Shown here: positions 29,531 through 34,881 of the stretch, piece by piece
How the letters are laid out: each line of letters begins with the position of its first letter
How positions within the stretch are numbered: the stretch's first letter is position 1
Origin: Chloroflexota bacterium
GTDB taxonomy: Bacteria; Chloroflexota; Anaerolineae; Anaerolineales; DRMV01
Assembly: GCA_013154225.1 (NCBI GenBank)
Contig: JAADCW010000009.1
Coordinates: forward strand, 1-34,881
Reading direction: 5' to 3'
Length of the DNA stretch: 34,881 nucleotides
The notes under the pieces: model-generated
Told to the model about the DNA's origin: nothing
Seen by the model: only the letters and a program-made list of their open reading frames with translations
The model's database searches: none
Made by a program: the position numbers and the translations under genes

Positions 29531-30466
29531 TTAAATCAGGCCGAATTCGGTCAGTTTGGCTACATTGGATTTCACATGATCGGCCGATTTCTTGAACGCG
29601 GCCATTTCCTCTTCGTTGAGGTCGTATTCGATGACCTTTTCCACGCCCTTGCGGCCCAGCATGGTCGGCACGCCGATGAAGATGTCGTGCATGCCGTATT
29701 CGCCATCCAGGTAGGAAGTGGCGGGCACGATGAGGTGCTTGTCTTTGATGATGGCTTCGGCCATCTGCGCCAGGGCTGCCGCGGGCGCGTAGAAGGCGCT
29801 ACCTTTCTTGAGCAAGGAAACGATTTCGCCGCCGCCTTTGCGGGTGCGCTCAACAATGGCGTCCAGTTTCTCTTTGGGGAGGTATTTCTCCAAGGGAACG
29901 CCCGCGATGTTGGAGTGGCGGGTCAGGGGCACCATGTCGTCGCCGTGGCCGCCGAGCACGTAGCAGTGGATGTTTTCCACGCTCACGCCGGTTTCCATCG
30001 CGACGAAGGCGCGCATCCGCGCGGAGTCCAAAATGCCCGCCTGGCCAACAACACGGTAGGAAGGCAGACCGGTGACCTTCCAGGTCAGGTAGGTCATGAC
30101 GTCCAGGGGGTTGGTGAGCACAATGTAGATGGCGTCGGGGGATTGTTCCTGGGTTTTGCGCGCGACGTCGGCCACGATTTTGGCGTTGGTGACCAGCAGG
30201 TCGTCGCGGCTCATGCCGGGTTTGCGGGGCAGGCCCGCGGTGATGATGACAATGTCGGAATCTTTGGTGTCGGCGTAGTCGTTGGTGCCATAGATTTTGG
30301 CGTCTTTACCCACCACCGGCATGGCCTCGGTGAGGTCGAGGGCTTTGCCTTGGGGCATGCCTTCAACGATGTCCACCAACACGATGTCGGCAATCTCGCG
30401 TTCGGCCAACCAGTGCGCGGTGGTCGAGCCGGTCATGCCTGCGCCAATAATAGAAACCTTTGCCAT
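29531..30466 (-). CDS. mdh: malate dehydrogenase (LDH-like MDH family, 311 aa)
   Basis: The N-terminus is MAKVSIIGAGMTGSTTA (Rossmann fold). ITAGLPRKPGMSRDDL carries the Arg at the MDH/LDH specificity position. The catalytic region is VLGGHGDDMVP. GAGGAGG precedes the ATG. Confidence 0.93.
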   Translation of the reverse strand: MAKVSIIGAGMTGSTTAHWLAEREIADIVLVDIVEGMPQGKALDLTEAMPVVGKDAKIYGTNDYADTKDSDIVIITAGLPRKPGMSRDDLLVTNAKIVADVARKTQEQSPDAIYIVLTNPLDVMTYLTWKVTGLPSYRVVGQAGILDSARMRAFVAMETGVSVENIHCYVLGGHGDDMVPLTRHSNIAGVPLEKYLPKEKLDAIVERTRKGGGEIVSLLKKGSAFYAPAAALAQMAEAIIKDKHLIVPATSYLDGEYGMHDIFIGVPTMLGRKGVEKVIEYDLNEEEMAAFKKSADHVKSNVAKLTEFGLI

Positions 30467-30603
30467 GGGTTACCTCCTCGGAAAACATTGATGACACAGC
30501 CAGGCGGCTGTGGGGTGCGAACTTGACCTCTTTTGTACATCATAATCTAATTGACAGGGCAGAGGTAGTTACACTTGTCACTTCCGCTCTGCTTCTGCCA
30601 AAC

Positions 30604-30631
30604 AAAAAACTCCCCTGAAGGCTCAGGGAAG
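30604..30631 (-). terminator. rho-independent terminator overlapping the trxB stop codon
   Basis: The minus strand reads CUUCCCUGA-GCCU-UCAGGGGAG, a 9-bp stem with one G-U pair (30631..30610), followed by UUUUUUGUUUG. Confidence 0.7.
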
Positions 30632-31561
30632 TTTTTCTGTGTCTTCTAAAAAGTGAATGGCTTCCATCGCGGCGGCCGCGCCCATACCTGCCGATGTGAT
30701 CACCTGGCGGTAGCGGCTATCGGCAACTTCACCCGCGGCAAACACGCCCGGGATGTTGGTGTGCATGTGTTTGTCCACTGCGATATAGCCGCGTTCGTCC
30801 AGGGTGAGTTGGCCTTCAAAGAGGTCGGTGTTGGGATGGTAGCCAATGAAAATGAAGACGCCCGCGATGGGATGTTCCCGCTCTTCGCCCGTGGGCACGT
30901 GGCGCAAGCGCACGCCTTCGACCATGTCTTCGCCCAGGATTTCGGTGACCACGGTGTCCATGAGGAAGCGGATTTTGGGGTGTTCGCGGGCGCGTTTTTG
31001 CAGCAAGGGGCCAGCGCGCAGGCGGTTGCGGCGATGCACGATGGTCACGCTGTTGGCGTAGCGAGTGAGGAAGAGGGCTTCTTCCAGCGCGCTGTCGCCG
31101 CCGCCTACCACCATGATGTCCATGCCTTTGAAGAAATGGCCGTCGCACGTGGCACAGTAGGAAACGCCCATGCCAATGAGTTCATCTTCGCCGGGAATTT
31201 CCAGTTGTTTGGCTGTGGCGCCTGTGGCCACGATGACGGTGTCGGCGGTGTATTCGGTTTTGGTGGTGCGGATGCGGAAGGGGCGCTGGCTGAAATCCAC
31301 GGCTGTGGCCGTATCGAGCACCAGCCGCGCGCCGAATTTTTCGGCCTGCTCTTTGAAGCGGTTGACCAGGTTGGGCCCTTCAACGCCTTCGGGAAAACCC
31401 GGATAGTTTTCGACGATGTAGGTGATGGCGACCTGCCCTCCGAGTTCGGGCCCGGTGAGGATGATGGGCGCCAGATCCGCGCGCGCGGCGTAGAGCCCTG
31501 CGGCTAAACCCGCGGGGCCAGCGCCTAAAATCAGCAGTTGCGTGTGTTCGGGAGACGTCAT
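30623..31561 (-). CDS. trxB: thioredoxin-disulfide reductase (NADPH-dependent, canonical)
   Basis: The 312-aa ORF has the FAD motif ILGAGPAGLAAG, redox CATC, GGGDSALEEA and the NADPH 2'-phosphate motif HRRNRLR (31016..31036). Confidence 0.92.
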   Translation of the reverse strand: MTSPEHTQLLILGAGPAGLAAGLYAARADLAPIILTGPELGGQVAITYIVENYPGFPEGVEGPNLVNRFKEQAEKFGARLVLDTATAVDFSQRPFRIRTTKTEYTADTVIVATGATAKQLEIPGEDELIGMGVSYCATCDGHFFKGMDIMVVGGGDSALEEALFLTRYANSVTIVHRRNRLRAGPLLQKRAREHPKIRFLMDTVVTEILGEDMVEGVRLRHVPTGEEREHPIAGVFIFIGYHPNTDLFEGQLTLDERGYIAVDKHMHTNIPGVFAAGEVADSRYRQVITSAGMGAAAAMEAIHFLEDTEKLP

Positions 31562-31576
31562 CGTCCCTCGTCGAGG

Positions 31577-32551
31577 TTATTTGTTTTGGGCTTGGAGATA
31601 TTCCCGGACGCCGATCGCGGCTTTGGCGCCATCGCCCACGGCCACGGCCACCTGAGCCAGGTTGCCGGAGCGCACGTCACCGGCTGCAAACACGCCGTCA
31701 ACATTGGTGCGCATGTGGTTGTCGGTGATGATGTAGCCGCGCTCGTCCAGTTCGACAAAGCCCTTCACAAAGTCAGTGTAGGGTTGATAGCCCACGTAGA
31801 TGAAAACGCCCTTGGCCGGGATTTCTTTGATTTCGCCGCTTTCGCGGTCCTTGACCACCACGGTGTGGACGAAATCGTCGCCTTTGATTTCCACGGCCAT
31901 GTGCGAGAAGTAGCACTTGACCTTGGGATGGTTGACCACCCGGTCTTGGAGCACTTTCTCAGCAATGGAGTAGGGCAGAAATTCCACAAACGTGACCGAC
32001 TTGGCGTATTCCAGCAGAATTTGGGCTTCTTGCAGGCCGGAGTTGCCGCAGCCGATCACCACCACATCCTGGTCTTTGAAGAGGGGACCGTCGCACGTCG
32101 CGCAGTAAGAAACGCCCTTGTTGGCGAATTCTTCTTCGCCCGGGATGCCCAATTTCTTGGGGCGGCTGCCCGTGGCCAGGATGACGGTGCGGCCTTTGTA
32201 AACCGCGCCGCCGCTGGTGGCAATTTCAAAAATGCCGTCGTCGTTTTTCTTCAGGCTGGTGACTTCTTCAAATTCGACGATCTGCGCGCCAAAGCGTTTG
32301 GCCTGCTCGGCAAATTTTTCCATCAATTCCGAGCCGTCAATGCCTTCGGGAAAACCAGGGTAGTTTTCAATCAGATGGGTGGTGGCGGCCAAACCACCGC
32401 TGGCTTCCTTTTCCAGCACCAACGTGTCCCAGCCATCGCGCGAGGCGTAGATGGCCGAGGTCAAACCAGCGGCGCCGGCGCCAACCACAACCAGGTCGTA
32501 AATTTTGTTGGTATCGGCTTGAGCACCGCCGTCGATGTTGAGTTGGAACAT
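31577..32551 (-). CDS. thioredoxin-reductase-like flavoprotein lacking the NADPH-binding motif (324 aa)
   Basis: It has the FAD motif VVVGAGAAGLTSA and CATC (32093..32104), but GCGNSGLQEA replaces GGGxSAxEEA. VEFLPYSIAEK (31955..31987) replaces HRRxxxR. AGGAGG precedes the ATG. The gene ends 15 nt upstream of trxB. Confidence 0.8.
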   Translation of the reverse strand: MFQLNIDGGAQADTNKIYDLVVVGAGAAGLTSAIYASRDGWDTLVLEKEASGGLAATTHLIENYPGFPEGIDGSELMEKFAEQAKRFGAQIVEFEEVTSLKKNDDGIFEIATSGGAVYKGRTVILATGSRPKKLGIPGEEEFANKGVSYCATCDGPLFKDQDVVVIGCGNSGLQEAQILLEYAKSVTFVEFLPYSIAEKVLQDRVVNHPKVKCYFSHMAVEIKGDDFVHTVVVKDRESGEIKEIPAKGVFIYVGYQPYTDFVKGFVELDERGYIITDNHMRTNVDGVFAAGDVRSGNLAQVAVAVGDGAKAAIGVREYLQAQNK

Positions 32552-32618
32552 GTGTTACCTCCTGATGGCAGTCTTTCCCGCTGGGGGAGATGGGCTTGTT
32601 GTCACAGCGCCCGGGGGT

Positions 32619-32647
32619 ATTATAACTCCCGGGCGCTTGTGAACCAA
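32619..32647 (-). promoter_or_regulatory. putative sigma-70 promoter for the TrxR-like/trxB pair
   Basis: The minus strand reads TTGGTT (32647..32642), a 17-nt spacer, then TATAAT (32624..32619). The -10 sits in the loop of the inverted repeat agcgcccggg/cccgggcgct (32607..32636). Confidence 0.4.
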
Positions 32648-32666
32648 CAGTTGCCTTGGGGTGGAA

Positions 32667-32948
32667 TTACTCTTCCACGATGGCCAACAGGTCGCTGGCT
32701 TCCATGATGAGGTGTTCCACGCCGTCGATTTTGATTTCGGTGCCGGTGTATTTCGGGTAGAGCACCTTCTGCCCCACCTTCACGGGGATTTCTTCTTCCT
32801 CGTCGCCGATAGCAATGACTTCACCGATTTGGGGCTTTTCTTTCGCGGTTTCCGGCAGCAGAATGCCGCTGCTGGTGCGGGGTTCTTCGTCTTCAGGGCG
32901 AATCAAAACACGGCTACCCAGCGGTTGGATTTTGATCTTGTCTGCCAT
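32667..32948 (-). CDS. groES: co-chaperonin GroES (93 aa)
   Basis: The sequence is MADKIKIQPLGSRVLIRPEDEEPRTSSGILLPETAKEKPQIGEVIAIG...VKVGQKVLYPKYTGTEIKIDGVEHLIM. GGAGGT lies 7 nt upstream. No groEL follows. Confidence 0.93.
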   Translation of the reverse strand: MADKIKIQPLGSRVLIRPEDEEPRTSSGILLPETAKEKPQIGEVIAIGDEEEEIPVKVGQKVLYPKYTGTEIKIDGVEHLIMEASDLLAIVEE

Positions 32949-32996
32949 AACGCTACCTCCACATTAGGGTCTTCTGGCGTTAATTTGCGCGCCGAT

Positions 32997-33025
32997 TTGA
33001 CAGTTTTTTAGAGCACTCCTATTTT
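32997..33025 (+). promoter_or_regulatory. possible sigma-70 promoter facing the lipoprotein gene
   Basis: The plus strand reads TTGACA (32997..33002), a 17-nt spacer, then TATTTT (33020..33025). The -10 overlaps the opposite-strand groES -10. It would give a roughly 140-nt leader. Confidence 0.35.
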
Positions 33026-33029
33026 AGCA
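33021..33029 (-). promoter_or_regulatory. extended -10 promoter element of groES
   Basis: The minus strand reads TGCTAAAAT, 72 nt upstream of the groES ATG. Confidence 0.4.
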
Positions 33030-33089
33030 CAAGGGAAGGGCGGCGTAGCCCCCTTGGAGGATTTCTAACAAATCTCTAACAAGCCACGT

Positions 33090-33105
33090 TGGCAGGATTT
33101 TTGCA
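33090..33105 (+). promoter_or_regulatory. sigma-54-type -24/-12 element (distal copy)
   Basis: The sequence is TGGCAGgatttTTGCA. The GG and GC dinucleotides and the spacing are correct, with one mismatch to TGGCAC. Confidence 0.3.
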
Positions 33106-33131
33106 GTACAATGAAGACAACGGTGTGCTTT

Positions 33132-33147
33132 TGGCACACGGCTTGCA
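33132..33147 (+). promoter_or_regulatory. sigma-54-type -24/-12 element (proximal copy) with ideal geometry for the lipoprotein gene
   Basis: The sequence TGGCACacggcTTGCA is an exact consensus match. The predicted start site near 33157 lies just upstream of the SD AGGAGG (33161..33166) and the ATG at 33173. Confidence 0.45.
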
Positions 33148-33172
33148 GCCCCGAGGGGCGAGGAGGTAGATT

Positions 33173-34129
33173 ATGCGAAGTTTCAAGAAGCAATCGTTTG
33201 TGATTTTGGCCGCGGCGTTGTTGGCGCTGGTGGCTTGCCGCCTTCCTGGAGCCAGCGCGCCCACGCCGATTGTCTTCCCAACGCCGAATTTGACCATGAC
33301 CGCGCTCTACAACCCCGACCAGGGGATCCCGCCCACGGCCACGCCGGTGTTGCTGTTCCCCTCGGCAACGCCTGGCACGACGGTGCAGCAGCCTTCGCCC
33401 ACGGCCGCGCCGGTGCTGATCCCCACGGTCACGCCCACGCCCGAAGCCACGGCCACAGCCCGCCCTGCCACGCGGCCTGGCCCTGTGGTCAAGGCCCCCT
33501 TGATGTGGGTCGCGCCTAACAACATTGACGGCAATTTGGGCGATTGGCACAATGATGTGACTTACCCCATCAACAACGTGGTGTATGGTGCGGCCAATTA
33601 CACCGGTGCCAGCGATGTCAGTGGCGAGTTCCGCATTGGGTGGGATTATCGCGCCCTGTATATCGGTGTGCGGGTGATTGACGACCATGTGGTGCAGACC
33701 CAGCACGGGGCGTACATCTACAAAGGCGATGACGTGGAAGTGCAGTTGGATACGGATTTGTACGGCGACTTTTACGTCAACGCCATCACTGCCGACGATT
33801 ATCAGTTGGGCTTTTCGCCTGGTGTGCCGCCCGGCACCTCGCCTGAGGCCTATTTGTGGTATCCCTCGGGCAAGGCTGGCGTGCCTGCCGGCGTGCAGGT
33901 GGGCGTTGCCATGTTGAGCAATGGCTATGTGTTGGAAATTGCCATCCCCTGGTCGGTTTTGGGCATCAAGCCCAGGAAGGGCATGGAGATGGGCTTCGCC
34001 ATTTCCATCTCGGACAACGACAACGCCACCCTGGCCGTGCAGCAGACCATGGTTTCCAACGATCCGTACCGCAAGTTGACGGATCCTACGACTTGGGGCA
34101 CGCTGGTGTTTTACGATCCTGGCAAGTAA
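33173..34129 (+). CDS. secreted lipoprotein with Pro/Thr-rich linker and CBM9/DOMON-like carbohydrate-binding domain (318 aa)
   Basis: The signal peptide ends in the lipobox LVAC (Cys22). A roughly 90-aa P/T/A-rich linker follows. The domain then reads NIDGNLGDW...FRIGWDYRALYIGVRVIDD...GDDVEVQLD...YVLEIAIPW...GFAISISDND, a pattern typical of CBM9-like sugar-binding domains. Confidence 0.75.
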   Translation: MRSFKKQSFVILAAALLALVACRLPGASAPTPIVFPTPNLTMTALYNPDQGIPPTATPVLLFPSATPGTTVQQPSPTAAPVLIPTVTPTPEATATARPATRPGPVVKAPLMWVAPNNIDGNLGDWHNDVTYPINNVVYGAANYTGASDVSGEFRIGWDYRALYIGVRVIDDHVVQTQHGAYIYKGDDVEVQLDTDLYGDFYVNAITADDYQLGFSPGVPPGTSPEAYLWYPSGKAGVPAGVQVGVAMLSNGYVLEIAIPWSVLGIKPRKGMEMGFAISISDNDNATLAVQQTMVSNDPYRKLTDPTTWGTLVFYDPGK

Positions 34130-34152
34130 TGCTTCGACATTGGCGCAAAACC

Positions 34153-34190
34153 AACGGCGGCTCACCTTTAGGCGAGCCGCCGTTTTGTTT
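34153..34190. terminator. terminator between the convergent lipoprotein and CBS genes
   Basis: An 11-bp stem, aacggcggctc (34153..34163) with gagccgccgtt (34174..34184), is followed by ttgttt. Confidence 0.7.
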
Positions 34191-34204
34191 CGGAAGCGAG
34201 CGTT

Positions 34205-34654
34205 TTAGGTGGTGACGCCGTGGTCGCCGGTGATGTAGCCTTCCAGATGCGAGATGAGGTGTTCCTGGTTTTCGATCACGGCTTTGACCACGTCACCGAT
34301 GGAAATCACGCCCACGACTTTGCCGTTTTCCACCACCGGCAAATGGCGGATGCGGTAGCGGGTCATCAATTCCATTGCGTCGTCAATGGTGGCGCTGGGC
34401 TCGATGGTGACCACGTTGGTGGTCATCAGGTCTTTGACCAGGGTTTCCTTGGATTTGCGGTTGCGCAGAATACAGCGGCGGGCGTAATCCCGTTCAGAGA
34501 AAATGCCCACCAGTTTGTCGCCTTCCATGACCAGCACAGCGCCGATGTCTTTGTCGGCCATGAGTTCCAGGGCTTGATAAACGGTGGCATCAGGTGAGAT
34601 AGCCCACACCTGGTTTCCTTTTTTGTTGAGCAGTTGGCGGATGGTTTCGATCAT
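34205..34654 (-). CDS. CBS-pair domain protein (149 aa)
   Basis: This lies within ORF 34205..34705. The start is set at the ATG at 34654 (MIETIRQLL) after GAGGAGG. It has two CBS motifs (VWAISPDATVYQALELMADKDIGAVLVM; VVTIEPSATIDDAMELMTRYRIRHLPVV). Confidence 0.85.
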   Translation of the reverse strand: MIETIRQLLNKKGNQVWAISPDATVYQALELMADKDIGAVLVMEGDKLVGIFSERDYARRCILRNRKSKETLVKDLMTTNVVTIEPSATIDDAMELMTRYRIRHLPVVENGKVVGVISIGDVVKAVIENQEHLISHLEGYITGDHGVTT

Positions 34655-34705
34655 GGCTGTCCTCCTCAGAACGTGGTTGTTAGGGGCACAAGTGGTAACA
34701 CGCAA

Positions 34706-34881
34706 TCAGCCCGCGCGTTGCAGGAAGGCTGCGACGTCGGGCCAGAGGGCTTCCAGCGTGCCTTCGCCTGCGCGGTACCAGTGGATGCGCGGGTCGTCGG
34801 CTTTGAACCAGTTGGCCTGGCGGCGCACAAAGCGGCGGGTGCGGCGCTGGATTTGGCGCACGGCTTCTTCCAGGGGAATTT
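34706..34881 (-). CDS. miaA: tRNA dimethylallyltransferase, 3' end only (last 58 codons)
   Basis: The minus-strand frame is open from the right window edge to the TGA at 34706..34708. My translation is ...PLEEAVRQIQRRTRRFVRRQANWFKADDPRIHWYRAGEGTLEALWPDVAAFLQRAG. This matches the conserved MiaA C-terminal pattern TRxxAKRQxTWFR...I.W. Confidence 0.7.
   Translation of the reverse strand, partial: IPLEEAVRQIQRRTRRFVRRQANWFKADDPRIHWYRAGEGTLEALWPDVAAFLQRAG

Noticed and set aside
30467-30600. Promoter for mdh. Candidates are GTGACA, TATGAT and TTGACA-like hexamers, plus a 7-bp hairpin (CACAGCC/GGCTGTG, 30493..30510).
   Set aside because: No pair of hexamers has acceptable 16-18 nt spacing on the minus strand, so I do not call a promoter. 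The hairpin is short and not interpretable alone.
32637-32643. Rex-type operator (TTGTGAA-N4-TTCACAA) upstream of the thioredoxin reductase genes.
   Set aside because: Only one half-site (TTGTGAA) is present. The expected second half reads CAGTTGC.
33008-33030. CIRCE (HrcA operator) upstream of groES.
   Set aside because: Only two direct copies of the half-site (TTAGAGCACTC and TTAGCAC) are present. The canonical inverted repeat TTAGCACTC-N9-GAGTGCTAA is absent, so I do not call a CIRCE element.

Overview
This is a high-GC (about 60% by eye) bacterial chromosomal window. It is almost fully coding, with most genes on the minus strand. No tRNA, rRNA, CRISPR array, transposase or integrase was seen. 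Housekeeping genes recognised by direct reading are gyrA (5' end), rpoC, cmk, a PlsC-type acyltransferase, aspS, mdh, a mitochondrial-type citrate synthase, trxB, groES and miaA (3' end). Signalling genes are a 1100-aa multi-TM HAMP/GAF/PAS histidine kinase and a CHASE2 class III nucleotidyl cyclase. The standout is a 12.2-kb minus-strand operon (22675 to 10518). It contains a SAM methyltransferase followed by four very large polytopic membrane proteins of 735, 1613, 846 and 560 aa. These carry three GT-C-like modules and two DUF2298/TIGR03662 'YYY' modules, a family I know only as function unknown. The operon runs straight into cmk and plsC, and I read it as an uncharacterised envelope glycoconjugate machine. 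Other items worth a second look:
- Three matches to the sigma-54 -24/-12 consensus, each sitting just upstream of a start codon. Two are in tandem before a CBM9-like lipoprotein gene and one is at the histidine kinase.
- A thioredoxin-reductase paralog that keeps CATC but has lost the NADPH HRRxxxR motif, located next to a canonical trxB.
- A groES with no groEL.
- rpoC detached from rpoB, with its own strong promoter and a roughly 180-nt structured leader.
- A recurring extended -10 promoter signature (TGnTAwAAT), including one that predicts a leaderless operon mRNA.
The gene content suggests a Chloroflexota-like organism, but that is inference only. All family assignments come from motif reading without BLAST or HMM searches. 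Promoter and terminator calls are sequence-pattern predictions.
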